In this document: positions 1 to 9,128 of the stretch, piece by piece | How positions within the stretch are numbered: the stretch's first letter is position 1 | Layout of the letters: every line of letters begins with the position of its first letter | NCBI GenBank assembly: GCA_036518215.1 | Contig: DATDNP010000103.1 | Span: 1,803-65,802, forward strand | DNA from: Candidatus Limnocylindria bacterium | Lineage (GTDB): Bacteria; Chloroflexota; Limnocylindria; P2-11E | Direction of reading: 5' to 3' | Length of the DNA: 64,000 nt | Program-made: the position numbers and the translations under genes | The notes under the pieces: model-generated | The model's database searches: none | Told to the model about the DNA's origin: nothing | The model's input: the letters and a program-made list of their open reading frames with translations, nothing else

Positions 1-1511
1 CTCGGCTGTGGCGGTGCTGCGGGGACGGTCCGCACGTCGCCGTGCGGGTAGCGGTCGAGGCTCACGGCACGGAGGTAGCGCGCGAGGCCACCGAGCGTGA
101 GCGCGATGTCGCCGCCGCCCACCGCGCCGAGCGGCGAGCCACACCCGTAGAAGCCTTCGATGAGCGGCGGGAGCGAGCTCCCCGCGGCGTTGTCCTCGAA
201 GCAGTTGGAGCCGCCCGCGGGCGCGATGAGCGCGAGGTCTGCGATGCCCGAATCCGCGACGACGTTGTCGTGCACGTGATTCGCGCCAGCGAGCCACACG
301 TTCTCGTCGAACACGAAGGTGACGAGGATCCCGACGTTGTCGTGGTGCTCGACGCGGTTGTACGCGACCTCGTCCTCGCGCCCGCCGACGATGTCGATCC
401 CCGTCCCGAAGAACGGGAACTCGTCGGCCTTCGCCGGAACGTCGCGGTTGTTGTTGTCGTGGACCCAGTTGTTCACGATCGTCGCCGCCCATTGCGGCGC
501 GAGTCCCTCGCGGTCGAGCGTGTTCGGCGCGATCCCCGCCATGTTGTCGGCGAACTCGGAGTTGCGGATGACGAGATCGCGGCTCGCGTTCGTACCGGAG
601 AACCCGAGCGCGTTGTAGCGCGCGACGACGTCCGTCACGAGCGCGTTGCACGGGTCGCATTGCCCGATGTAGAAGCCCGAGTCCGGACTGCCGCTCGCGT
701 ACGAATGGTCGAACTGGCCGACACCCGAATCGAAGGCATAGATGCCGTAGTCGCCGTTCGCGTCGGCGGTGAGGTAGCTCCCGCGGTAGCCCCACACGCT
801 GCGCCAGTAGAAGCCGTTCAGCCGGTAATGCCGCGCGGTCATGTTCTCGATGACGACGCCGTCGGCGCCGAAGACCGCGATGCCGTTCGCGTAGTCGGGA
901 TCGAACTCGCCGTCGAGGATCACTCTGTTGCGGTCCTCGCCGCGGATGACGAGGTGCGGCGTCGTGACGATGACAGCCTCGTGGTACACGCCGGGCGCGA
1001 TGAGGATCGTGTCGCCCGGGCTCGCCGCGTCGACGGCCGCCTGGATCGTCACGCGGTCGCGCGGCACGTGGATCGTCTTTCCGCCCGACGGGCGCACGGG
1101 CGGATCCGGCGGATAGGTGCGGCTCGCGCTCGTCGATCCCGCGTACTCCGGTGACACGCCGACGAAGACGCGTCCGCTCATGCCCGTTCCGGAGGCACCG
1201 TGCAGGTGGCAGTAGTACGCGAACGACCCGATCTTCGGGAACGTCACGGTGAAGCTGTCGCCGGTCTGGAGGATCTTCGACTGGAAGCTGCCGTCGTTGG
1301 CGATGACGTCGTGCGGGTTCCGCCCCGCGTTCACCCAGCGGACCGAGTCGCCTGGGTCGATCTGCACCGTCGCGGGATCGAAGAAGTCGTCACGCAGCTG
1401 GACGACGACCGTCTTCGCGGACGCAGGCGCAGGGGCGACGAACGCGTCGGCGGGCGACCCAGCCGCGAACACGACGCACGCGACGGCGAAGAGCGCGATG
1501 GATCGCCGCAT
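1..1511 (-). CDS. Secreted cupredoxin (plastocyanin/pseudoazurin-like) fused to a right-handed parallel beta-helix (PbH1/NosD-like) domain. 5' complete; 3' runs off the window.
   Basis: My own minus-strand translation from ATG at 1509-1511 gives MRRSIALFAVACVVFAAGSPADA (signal peptide). A blue-copper ligand pattern follows (NPHDV ... FAYYCHLHGASGTGMSG). Repetitive beta-helix segments follow (NGIAVFGADGVVIENM..., NALGFSGTNASRDLVIRNSEFADNMAGI...). The plus-strand track ORF 42..1154 is its Arg/Asp-rich mirror image. Confidence 0.7.
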   Translation of the reverse strand, partial: MRRSIALFAVACVVFAAGSPADAFVAPAPASAKTVVVQLRDDFFDPATVQIDPGDSVRWVNAGRNPHDVIANDGSFQSKILQTGDSFTVTFPKIGSFAYYCHLHGASGTGMSGRVFVGVSPEYAGSTSASRTYPPDPPVRPSGGKTIHVPRDRVTIQAAVDAASPGDTILIAPGVYHEAVIVTTPHLVIRGEDRNRVILDGEFDPDYANGIAVFGADGVVIENMTARHYRLNGFYWRSVWGYRGSYLTADANGDYGIYAFDSGVGQFDHSYASGSPDSGFYIGQCDPCNALVTDVVARYNALGFSGTNASRDLVIRNSEFADNMAGIAPNTLDREGLAPQWAATIVNNWVHDNNNRDVPAKADEFPFFGTGIDIVGGREDEVAYNRVEHHDNVGILVTFVFDENVWLAGANHVHDNVVADSGIADLALIAPAGGSNCFEDNAAGSSLPPLIEGFYGCGSPLGAVGGGDIALTLGGLARYLRAVSLDRYPHGDVRTVPAAPPQP

Positions 1512-1547
1512 CCGGGCATGCTACCGGCGGCTTGCCGTGCCGCAACG

Positions 1548-2330
1548 CTACGTCGCGGGCAGATGGCTGCGCTCGCGCCGCGCGAGCGCGGATCCGATGG
1601 TGTCGGGTGCGGCATCGACGGCGAGCGTCCACGTCGCTCGCGCGTCCTCGACCAGGCCGGCCTCGCGGAGCGCGACGCCGAGGAGATAGCCGATGAACGC
1701 GCGCTCGTGCGGCATGAGCTCGGCGCCGCGCGCGGCCGCGCGATCGAGTGCGGCACGCATGGCGTCGTGCTCGCCGGCGAGCGCCGCGACGATCGCTTCG
1801 AGCGCGGAGGCCATCGCGTCGCCCGACGTCGTGCCGCGGATCGCGGCATCGCGCGCGATCTGGTGCGCGAGCACGCGCCCGCGCTCCCGGTCGCCGCCGA
1901 TCGCAGCGAGCTCGCACCACGCGAGCGTGATGCGCGCGAGGGCGTCGTCGGGGACGAGCTGCGCGACGCGGCGCGCGTCGCCAGGGCGGTTGAGCGCGGT
2001 GTACGCCGCGACGAGCCGCGGTGCGACGCGCGGCGCGCCGAGCCTCTTCATCGCGGACTCCCAGAGGGACGCGGCCGAGAGCGGATCGCCGCCGGCGTAG
2101 AGGACGTCGGCCGCGACCTCCTGGACGACCGGGAGCTTCGGGAACCGTGAGAGGAGCGGCGCGACCAGCTCGCGCGCGCGCTCGACCTCACCCGCGTCGA
2201 CCGCCTCCTCGGCCTCCACCAGGGCATCGGTGACGCGTCGAAGACCCATCTGGTAGCGGGCGAACCAGGCGAGGCCGGCGAGGACGGCGAGCCCCGCGAT
2301 GACCGCAATCAGTACAGGGAGGTTGTCCAC
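1548..2330 (-). CDS. Membrane-anchored TPR-like repeat protein
   Basis: 260-aa ORF with a single N-terminal TM (LPVLIAVIAGLAVLAGLAWFA) followed by helical repeat, Ala/Leu-rich sequence. Its stop lies 37 nt upstream of the cupredoxin gene start, same strand. Confidence 0.55.
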   Translation of the reverse strand: MDNLPVLIAVIAGLAVLAGLAWFARYQMGLRRVTDALVEAEEAVDAGEVERARELVAPLLSRFPKLPVVQEVAADVLYAGGDPLSAASLWESAMKRLGAPRVAPRLVAAYTALNRPGDARRVAQLVPDDALARITLAWCELAAIGGDRERGRVLAHQIARDAAIRGTTSGDAMASALEAIVAALAGEHDAMRAALDRAAARGAELMPHERAFIGYLLGVALREAGLVEDARATWTLAVDAAPDTIGSALARRERSHLPAT

Positions 2331-2416
2331 AGCCCCTCTCGGGTCCCCGCACCATTTCGCGGGTTATCCACGGAAATCGGCCAGTTATCCACTCTGAGCG
2401 GCTGCTCGCCCGTCCG

Positions 2417-3562
2417 CTAACTGTTCTCTAAGAGCGCACCCGCGATGACCATCCGCTGGACCTCGCTCGTGCCCTCGTAGATGCGGGTGATCCGCGCGTC
2501 CCGGTATGCGCGCTCGATCCACAGCTCGCGCATGTACCCCATACCGCCGTGCACCTGGACGGCGGCGTCGGCGACCCGCCCGAGCATCTCTGTCGAGAAA
2601 AGCTTCGCCATCGCCGCCCGCTGCGTGATGCGCTCGCCGCGATCGGCGCGCCAGGCGGCGTCGTACACCATGAGCCGCGCCGCATGGATCTCGGTGGCCG
2701 CGTCCGCGAGCATCCACTGGATCGCCTGGTTCACCGCGATCGGCTTCCCGAACTGCACCCGAGACTTCGCGTACTGCGCGCTCGCCTCCATGAGGCGCTG
2801 CGCGATGCCGACGGAGTGCGCGGCGAGACCGAGACGCCCCATGTCGAGCGTGCCGAGCGCGATCTTGAAGCCCTGACCCTCGTCTCCGACGCGCTGCGCC
2901 GCGGGGACGCGCAGATCGTGGAAGAAGAGCTGCGCCGTCGTCGACCCATGGAGGCCCATCTTCTCGTCGTTCGGCCCGACCTCGAGTCCGGCGGCCCCGC
3001 GCTCGACGACGAACGCGGTGATGCCCTTGCTGCGCTGCTCGGGAGCGGTGCTCGCGAAGATGACGAACACGTCGGCGATCGGCGCGTTGGTGATGAACGT
3101 CTTCGCGCCGTCGATGACGTACGTGTCGCCTTCGCGCTTCGCCATCGTTCGCAGCGAGCCGGCATCGCTCCCGGCGCCTGGCTCGGAGAGCCCATACGCG
3201 CCGATCTTCTCGCCGGCGAAGAGCTGCGGAAGATACCGCTCGCGCACGGTGTCCGGTCCGCCGATCTCGATGGCGGTGCCGCAGAGGCCCGCGGTCGCGC
3301 CGATGACGTTCCACAGGGACGCGTTCACGCGTCCGGCCTGCTCGACTGCGACGCAATACCCGAGCTTCCCGAAGCCCTGGCCGCCCCATCGTTCGTCATG
3401 GCCGATGCCGAAGAGACCGGCACCGCCCATCTCGCTGATCAGCGAGCGCGGGATCTCGTTGCGCTCCTCGATCTCCTTCTCGTGCGGCGCGAGCTTCTCG
3501 TCCACGAACTTGCGGATCGATCTCTGGAGGAGCTGCAGCTCCTCAGGCAGCTCGAGATCCAT
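2417..3562 (-). CDS. Acyl-CoA dehydrogenase
   Basis: 381 aa with typical ACAD motifs (GLSEPGAGSD, TFITNAP, YEGTSEVQRMVIA C-terminus). Confidence 0.9.
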   Translation of the reverse strand: MDLELPEELQLLQRSIRKFVDEKLAPHEKEIEERNEIPRSLISEMGGAGLFGIGHDERWGGQGFGKLGYCVAVEQAGRVNASLWNVIGATAGLCGTAIEIGGPDTVRERYLPQLFAGEKIGAYGLSEPGAGSDAGSLRTMAKREGDTYVIDGAKTFITNAPIADVFVIFASTAPEQRSKGITAFVVERGAAGLEVGPNDEKMGLHGSTTAQLFFHDLRVPAAQRVGDEGQGFKIALGTLDMGRLGLAAHSVGIAQRLMEASAQYAKSRVQFGKPIAVNQAIQWMLADAATEIHAARLMVYDAAWRADRGERITQRAAMAKLFSTEMLGRVADAAVQVHGGMGYMRELWIERAYRDARITRIYEGTSEVQRMVIAGALLENS

Positions 3563-3566
3563 GCTC

Positions 3567-3986
3567 TCACTCCCCCTTCGCGCGCTCCAGGATGAGCCGG
3601 ACCTGGTCCGGAATGCGCTGCGCGCGCTTGGACTCGCGACCGATGACGACCTGGATCGTGCTCACCTCGGCGCAATGCTGGCCGTCGGCGCGGTCGATCG
3701 CGTACGCGAACTCCCACGACGATCCCCGGATCTCTCCGACGCGGACCTTGATGTCGAAGAGATCGTCGAATCGCAGCGGCGCTCGGTAGCGCACGTGTGC
3801 CTCTCCGATGGTGAAGTCGACGCCGTGCGCGACGAGGTCGCGCTGGTACTCGAGCCCGAGATGGCGCAGGTATTCCATGCGTCCGACCTCGGCGTAGAGC
3901 AGGTAGTTCGCGTAGTAGACGACCTGCTGAGTGTCCGTCTCCCCGAAGCGCACGCGCTGGCGCACGGTGAACGGGTACGTCTCCAT
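3567..3986 (-). CDS. Acyl-CoA thioesterase, YbgC/4HBT hotdog family
   Basis: Start re-set to the internal ATG (METYPFTVRQRVRFGETD...). 4HBT-like sequence. A 4-nt gap separates it from the ACAD gene. The track's N-terminal 52 aa are Cys/Arg-rich and unlikely to be coding. Confidence 0.75.
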   Translation of the reverse strand: METYPFTVRQRVRFGETDTQQVVYYANYLLYAEVGRMEYLRHLGLEYQRDLVAHGVDFTIGEAHVRYRAPLRFDDLFDIKVRVGEIRGSSWEFAYAIDRADGQHCAEVSTIQVVIGRESKRAQRIPDQVRLILERAKGE

Positions 3987-4033
3987 GCTCGGCAGGTTAC
4001 CGGCTTGGCACGGACCCTGCTCGACCTCGTGGC

Positions 4034-4471
4034 ATGTCCGTACGACACGATGACTACCCCACGGAGCGCGTGGAACGAGTCGAACACGTCGAGCATGTGC
4101 ACGACCAGCCCACCACGAACACGCCGTACACGCCGTACGCATCCAACGTGAACGTGGGCGGCACTTCGGGCGCAGGGACGCCCGTCTGGACCGTGACCAG
4201 CGTCGTGACTCTGCTCTTCACGGTGCTCGAGGTCCTGCTCCTCCTGCGCTTCATCCTCAAGCTCGCGGGCGCGAACGCGAACCAGCCGCTCATCACCGCC
4301 CTGTACAACGTGACCGAGCCGATCTGCCGTCCGTTCCAGGGCATCTTCCCAGAGCCGTCAGGGCCGCCCGTCCTCGACATCCCCGCACTTCTCGCGATCG
4401 TCGTCCTCTTCCTCATCGCGGGTCTCATCGTCGCGCTCGTGCGCGCGATCATGACGCCACGACGCGTGTGA
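4034..4471 (+). CDS. YggT family membrane protein
   Basis: LRFILKLAG...YNVTEPICRPFQ matches the YggT/Ycf19 signature (TEPxxxPxR), with two TM helices. The N-terminal ~55 aa are His/Glu-rich and the start is uncertain. Confidence 0.7.
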   Translation: MSVRHDDYPTERVERVEHVEHVHDQPTTNTPYTPYASNVNVGGTSGAGTPVWTVTSVVTLLFTVLEVLLLLRFILKLAGANANQPLITALYNVTEPICRPFQGIFPEPSGPPVLDIPALLAIVVLFLIAGLIVALVRAIMTPRRV

Positions 4472-4496
4472 CCGTTCGGTAACGAACGCTGCGACG

Positions 4497-4521
4497 GGGG
4501 CACGCCTGGGCGTGCTCCCGT
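4497..4521 (+). terminator. GC-rich hairpin downstream of yggT (possible terminator)
   Basis: Inverted repeat GGGGGCACGCC-TGG-GGCGTGCTCCC with 1 mismatch; no U-tract. Confidence 0.3.
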
Positions 4522-4554
4522 CCAGTAGGCACGGACGGTGCTTTACCTCGCGTC

Positions 4555-5436
4555 ATGAAGAGATTCCTCGTCCCACTTCTCGCGTTCCCAATCATCGCCC
4601 TCGTCGCCTGCAACCAGGCGGCGAACAACAACGCGTCGTCTTCGCCCTACGCGAGCGGATCGGCGGCAGCGTCAGCGCGAGCCACCGGATCGGTGGCCGC
4701 GTCCGCGCAGGCCTCCGCGAGCGCGTCGGGGTCGACCAAATACATCACGCTCGACGTTCCCGTGCCGCAGTCCGGCATGAACGCCGGCGTCGACGGCAAG
4801 GGCTGGACGGTGGACATCGTCGCGAAGGGCAACGGCCCGGCGATGGACAAGGTGAAGCCCGCGTTCCAGACGACGAGCACGACGGCGACGGGACGTAACA
4901 CGAACTTCCCGGGTCTCGTCGTCATCGTCAAGGAGTCATCCGGCAGCTCGGGCTCGAGCCCGAATCTCGCGAAGCTCTTCCAGATGATCGGCCTGCCCAA
5001 CACGCTCCAGGGTGCCGGCATCTCCTCGGTCGGCACGAGCGCGTCGGGATCACCAGCCGCGAGCGCAAGCGCGAACGCGAGCGCGAGCAGCAGCGCGGCG
5101 CCGAGCGCCGCGGGTTCGGCCGCGACGAGCTCGAAGGCTGTCGATCAGGGGACCGCGGAAGCGACCTGGTTCGTGCAGCAGTCGATGTGGGGTAGCGACG
5201 CCGACGTCGAGCTCGACGCCTTCGTCGTCGACGGCGACGCCCCCGACAGCATCTCGAGCGACACGAGCAATCTGAAGATCGTCTCGAACATCGTCACCGT
5301 GCACTTCCACATCAACGGCGGCGGCAAGGGCTCGAGCCCGAGCGGCTCCGCGAGCCCGAGCACGTCGGCCTCTCCCAGCGGGTCCAGCGCACCCGGCAGC
5401 GCGAGTCCGAGCCCGTCGGCCTCGTCGACTCCATAA
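4555..5436 (+). CDS. Secreted lipoprotein with Ser/Ala-rich low-complexity linkers
   Basis: MKRFLVPLLAFPIIALVAC lipobox signal peptide. Long S/A/G tracts flank a globular core (KYITLDVPVPQSGMNAGVDGKGWTVDIVAKG...). ATG confirmed at 4555. Confidence 0.7.
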   Translation: MKRFLVPLLAFPIIALVACNQAANNNASSSPYASGSAAASARATGSVAASAQASASASGSTKYITLDVPVPQSGMNAGVDGKGWTVDIVAKGNGPAMDKVKPAFQTTSTTATGRNTNFPGLVVIVKESSGSSGSSPNLAKLFQMIGLPNTLQGAGISSVGTSASGSPAASASANASASSSAAPSAAGSAATSSKAVDQGTAEATWFVQQSMWGSDADVELDAFVVDGDAPDSISSDTSNLKIVSNIVTVHFHINGGGKGSSPSGSASPSTSASPSGSSAPGSASPSPSASSTP

Positions 5437-5458
5437 CGCGACCAGGCACGATGTGAAG

Positions 5459-5494
5459 AAGAGGGGCGATCGCGATGCGGTCGCCCCTCTTTCG
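5459..5494 (+). terminator. Intrinsic terminator
   Basis: Perfect 11-bp stem AAGAGGGGCGA / TCGCCCCTCTT with an 11-nt loop, followed by TTCG, 23 nt after the lipoprotein TAA stop. Confidence 0.6.
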
Positions 5495-5538
5495 CGTGCC
5501 ACGAGCGCGCCGAGGGCCGCGGTATCGTAGCCGCGCTC

Positions 5539-6321
5539 GTGAGCTCGATCAGGGTGGACCTCGGTGGGAAGAGCGCGCTCGTGACGGGCGCCGCGAGCGG
5601 CATCGGTCGCGCGATCGCGGAGGATCTCGCCCGCCGCCGCGCGCGCGTGCTCCTGGCCGACATCGACGAAGGACAGGTGCGGTCCGTCGCGGCCGCGCTT
5701 CCCGGCGCGCTCGCGATGCGCGCCGACATCTCATCGCGGGAGGACTGCCGCGCGCTCGTCGACCGCGCGCGTCATGAGTGGGGTGGCATCGACATCCTCG
5801 TGAACAACGCAGGGCTCCAGGTCGTGTCGCCGGTGGAGGACTTCCCGGAGGACCGCTGGGAATACATCGTGAGAGTGATGCTCGTCGGCGCGTTCCTGCT
5901 CACGAAGTACGCGATCCCCGACATGTACCGCAAACGCTGGGGGCGGATCGTGAACGTCTCGTCGCTGCACGGTCTCGTCGCGTCGCCGTACAAGTCGGCG
6001 TACGTCTCCGCGAAGCACGGTCTCATGGGCCTCACGAAGACGGTCGCGCTCGAGGCCGCCGACAAGGGCGTCACCGTGAACGCGATCTGCCCGAGCTACG
6101 TCCGGACGCCGCTCGTCGAGAAGCAGATCGCCGATCAGGCGCGCGTCAACAACATGTCGGAGGCGGACGTCGTCGAAAAGATCATGCTCGCGCCCGCGGC
6201 GATCAAGCGGCTCCTCGAGCCGTCCGAGATCGCCGCGTACGTGGCGTTCCTCTGCACCGACGACGCGTCGGGCATCACCGGTTCCGCGCAGCTCATCGAC
6301 GCGGGCTGGACCGCCCGCTGA
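5539..6321 (+). CDS. Short-chain dehydrogenase/reductase, 3-hydroxybutyrate dehydrogenase-like
   Basis: TGAASGIGRAIA Rossmann motif and YVSAKHG catalytic YxxxK. Overall close to BdhA-type SDRs. Confidence 0.85.
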   Translation: MSSIRVDLGGKSALVTGAASGIGRAIAEDLARRRARVLLADIDEGQVRSVAAALPGALAMRADISSREDCRALVDRARHEWGGIDILVNNAGLQVVSPVEDFPEDRWEYIVRVMLVGAFLLTKYAIPDMYRKRWGRIVNVSSLHGLVASPYKSAYVSAKHGLMGLTKTVALEAADKGVTVNAICPSYVRTPLVEKQIADQARVNNMSEADVVEKIMLAPAAIKRLLEPSEIAAYVAFLCTDDASGITGSAQLIDAGWTAR

Positions 6322-6340
6322 GCCGCGAGCGCGAGGCGGT

Positions 6341-6532
6341 CTAGGTCGCGACCACCTGCGGGAACGGTTCGCACCGGACGATCTGCGCCTCGTGCCCGTC
6401 CGGTGTCCGCTCGTGCGAGATCGCTCGCAACGCGACGCACGAGAGACACTGTCCGACCGTCACGTCCTTGTCCCGCAGCGTGCAGTGCACCGTCCCGGCG
6501 TCGACCAGATGCTTCGTCCCAAGACCCAGCAC
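6341..6532 (-). CDS. Possible small Cys-containing protein (63 aa, GTG start), BFD-like [2Fe-2S]-domain-like CxxC signature
   Basis: The conserved-looking segment is HLVDAGTVHCTLRDKDVTVGQCLSCVALRAISHERTPDGHEAQIVRCEPF. GGGAGGTG lies 5 nt before the GTG. The ORF sits 61 nt downstream of the acs-like stop on the same strand. Confidence 0.35.
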   Translation of the reverse strand: MLGLGTKHLVDAGTVHCTLRDKDVTVGQCLSCVALRAISHERTPDGHEAQIVRCEPFPQVVAT

Positions 6533-6593
6533 GGCCGCACCTCCCGGCGGGACGATGCGCCCTCGCCGGGCTCTCAGCGAGTGCCGAACGGCC

Positions 6594-8540
6594 CTACGAG
6601 CGTGCGCCCGCGCCGGCGGCGCGGATCTCCTCCACGGCGGCGGGGTTCTCGAGAGACGAGAGGTCGCCGAGGTCCTGTTTCCCGAGGTACGCGCCACGGA
6701 TGACGCGCCGGAGGATCTTCGCGTTGCGCGTCTTCGGGAGCTGCGCGACGAAGCGGACGGCCTCCGGACGCAGCGGCTTGCCGAGCAGCTCGGCGATCTT
6801 GTCCGCCACCGAGCGCGCGAGCGCGTCGCTCGGCTCGTTCCCCGGACGCAGCACCGCGATGACGACGATGCCCTCGCCCTTGATCTCGTGCGGCACGCCG
6901 ACGGCCGCCGCCTCGCTCACCGCCGGATGCGCGACGGCGGCCGATTCCACCTCGGCCGGACCGACGCGCTTGCCGGCGATCTTCAGCGTGTCGTCGCTGC
7001 GGCCCTCGATGTACCAGTAGCCCTCGTCGTCGATGCGCGCCCAATCGCCGTGTACCCACACGTCGGTGAAGCGGCTCCAGTACGTCTCGATGTACCGGCT
7101 CGTCGCGTCGCGCGCGTCCTTCCAGAACCCGCGCGTCATCCCGGGCCACGGCTTCCGGATGACGAGCTCGCCGACCGCGCCACGGACCGACCGTCCCTGG
7201 TCGTCGACGACGTCCGCGTCGATGCCGGGACACGGGCCCGCGAACGATCCGGGCTGTATGGGCGTCCACGTCGTGCACCCGAGGATGCCGCCGGATACCT
7301 CCGTGCCGCCGGAGTAGTTGATGATCGGACAGCGCGCGCCGCCGGCTTTCGTGAAGTACCACCACCACGGATCGGGATTCCACGGCTCGCCCGTGGACCC
7401 GAGCACGAAGAGCGACGACGTGTCGTGCGCTCGTACCGGCTCCTCGCCGCTCCGCATGAGACCGCGGATCGCGGTCGGCGAGATGCCGAGATGCGTCACC
7501 TTGTGGCGCTCGACCATCGACCAGATGCGCGATGCGTCGGGGAAGTCGGGCGTCCCGTCGTACACGAAGATCGTCGCGCCGATCATGAGCCCGCCGGCGA
7601 TGAGCCAGGGTCCCATCATCCAGCCGATGTCCGTGTACCAGAAGATGACGTCGCCGTCCTGCAGATCGAAGTTGTGCGCGAGGTCCTGCGCGGCCTTCAC
7701 CGGGAAGCCGCCGTGTACGTGGACCGCGCCCTTCGGCTTGCCCGTCGTCCCCGAGGTGTAGATGACCATGAACGGGTCCTCGGCCGACGTATCGACGGGC
7801 GCGAGCGGCTCGCGGCCCCTGTCGACGACCTCGCGCCACGTCACGTCGCGGGACCTGCGCTCGTACGCGCGTCCGACGCGGTCCGCGACGATGACGCGCG
7901 TCACGGACGGCGCCGCATCCGCCGCAGCGTCGGCGGTCTCCTTCATCGCGACGACCTGCCCACGGCGATGGAAGCCGTCCGCGCAGATGAGGACGCTCGC
8001 CTCGCAGTCGCGGAGGCGGTTCGCGATCGCGTCGGCGCCGTAGCCCGAGAACACCGGGATGAAGACGGCGCCGACCGACCCGATCGCGAGCACCGCCACG
8101 ACGCACTCGTAGGTGAGCGGCATGAACACGGCGACGCGATCGCCCTTCGCCACGCCCAGCGCACGGAGTCCCGCGGCGAACGTCCCGACGTCCCGCGCGA
8201 GCTGACCGTAGGAGATGCGCCGCACGTTGCCCTCCTCGCCCTCGGAGATCACGGCGACGCGATCGGGGCCGCGGCGCGAACGGAGCGCTGTGGCGACGTA
8301 GTTCATGCGTCCGCCGACCCACCACGTCGTCCAGGGCATCCCCTTCGAGTCGTCGAACACGCGCTCGTAGCGCTTCGTCCACACGAGCTCGAGGTCCCGA
8401 TCGACGGCACGCCAGAAGCCGTCCAGGTCGGTCTGCGACCAGCGCAGGAACGATGCGTAATCGGCGTGGCCGGTCTGCGTCGCGAGAGCGCGGAGCCGGC
8501 TGCGGTTCAGATACCTGTCAGAAGGCGACCATGCGGGCAC
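6594..8540 (-). CDS. AMP-forming acetyl-/acetoacetyl-CoA synthetase family ligase
   Basis: 648 aa with YTSGTTGKPKG, WWYFTKAGG, GEPWNP and ...KTRNAKILRR, the Acs/AcsA architecture. The 699-aa plus-strand ORF 6468..8567 is its antisense artefact. Confidence 0.9.
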   Translation of the reverse strand: MPAWSPSDRYLNRSRLRALATQTGHADYASFLRWSQTDLDGFWRAVDRDLELVWTKRYERVFDDSKGMPWTTWWVGGRMNYVATALRSRRGPDRVAVISEGEEGNVRRISYGQLARDVGTFAAGLRALGVAKGDRVAVFMPLTYECVVAVLAIGSVGAVFIPVFSGYGADAIANRLRDCEASVLICADGFHRRGQVVAMKETADAAADAAPSVTRVIVADRVGRAYERRSRDVTWREVVDRGREPLAPVDTSAEDPFMVIYTSGTTGKPKGAVHVHGGFPVKAAQDLAHNFDLQDGDVIFWYTDIGWMMGPWLIAGGLMIGATIFVYDGTPDFPDASRIWSMVERHKVTHLGISPTAIRGLMRSGEEPVRAHDTSSLFVLGSTGEPWNPDPWWWYFTKAGGARCPIINYSGGTEVSGGILGCTTWTPIQPGSFAGPCPGIDADVVDDQGRSVRGAVGELVIRKPWPGMTRGFWKDARDATSRYIETYWSRFTDVWVHGDWARIDDEGYWYIEGRSDDTLKIAGKRVGPAEVESAAVAHPAVSEAAAVGVPHEIKGEGIVVIAVLRPGNEPSDALARSVADKIAELLGKPLRPEAVRFVAQLPKTRNAKILRRVIRGAYLGKQDLGDLSSLENPAAVEEIRAAGAGARS

Positions 8541-8576
8541 GCCGAAACGTTAGCGCAGCGCGACTAGGCTTCGCTC

Positions 8577-9128
8577 GTGAGATTGCGACTGCCGTTCATG
8601 CGCGCGCGCTCGGAACGACGGTTCACATGGCGTGCGACGACGACCGCTCGGCCTGCGACTCCACCGCCACCGCCGATCCCGCAGCCTCGTACGCTCGTCG
8701 AGGTCATTGGCGTCGGCGCGACGGCGGTCGTCCAAGGCATCGCGCTCACGCTCCTCTCGGTCGAGCGATACGAGGAGGGGCTCATCGTGAGCTTCCGGAT
8801 GGTCCGCCATCGCGGACGGGTCCAGATGGACTGGCCGTACCCATCGCTGCTCGTCACCGTCGCACCGGCGGGCTCTGTGCCCTATCGCGTCCTCGCGAGG
8901 GGTGGCTCCGGAGGCGGCACGATCGCCGGCGAGATCGAGTATCGCCTCTCGTACGCGGTCGCTCCCGCACCGCCCGCAGGCGCGCTGGATCTCTCCGTCG
9001 AGGTGAGCGAGATCGCGTGGGAGCGGACACGTGGGACACGTGCCGAGATCGTGTCGCGCGATCCCGGACCGTGGCGCTTCAGCGTGAGGTCAGCGAAGCG
9101 TGGTCCCGGACAAGACGATCCAGCGTGA
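8577..9128 (+). CDS. Hypothetical protein (start uncertain)
   Basis: The C-terminal ~130 aa have genome-typical codon usage and a non-degenerate sequence (GIALTLLSVERYEEGLIVSFRMVRHRGRVQMDWPYPSLLVTV...). The N-terminal 40 codons are Pro/Thr/Arg-rich with low GC3, so the real start is probably internal. Confidence 0.4.
   Translation: MRLRLPFMRARSERRFTWRATTTARPATPPPPPIPQPRTLVEVIGVGATAVVQGIALTLLSVERYEEGLIVSFRMVRHRGRVQMDWPYPSLLVTVAPAGSVPYRVLARGGSGGGTIAGEIEYRLSYAVAPAPPAGALDLSVEVSEIAWERTRGTRAEIVSRDPGPWRFSVRSAKRGPGQDDPA

Noticed and set aside
42-1154. 370-aa plus-strand ORF (Arg/Asp/Val-rich) plus nested ORFs 319..618 and 928..1116
   Set aside because: The composition is antisense-like. The opposite strand encodes a coherent signal-peptide/cupredoxin/beta-helix protein with recognisable motifs. 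High-GC genomes generate long spurious ORFs on the complementary strand.
5050-5502. Overlapping Arg-rich ORFs (e.g. 5050..5502 -, 5145..5729 -, 5475..5777 +) around the lipoprotein/SDR genes
   Set aside because: They are typical high-GC antisense artefacts. They overlap well-supported genes and the mapped terminator hairpin.
6468-8567. 699-aa plus-strand ORF and 602-aa minus-strand alternative frame across the acs-like locus
   Set aside because: Both are Arg/Ala/Gly-rich with no domain signatures. The 648-aa minus-strand frame 6594..8540 carries complete AMP-forming ligase motifs.
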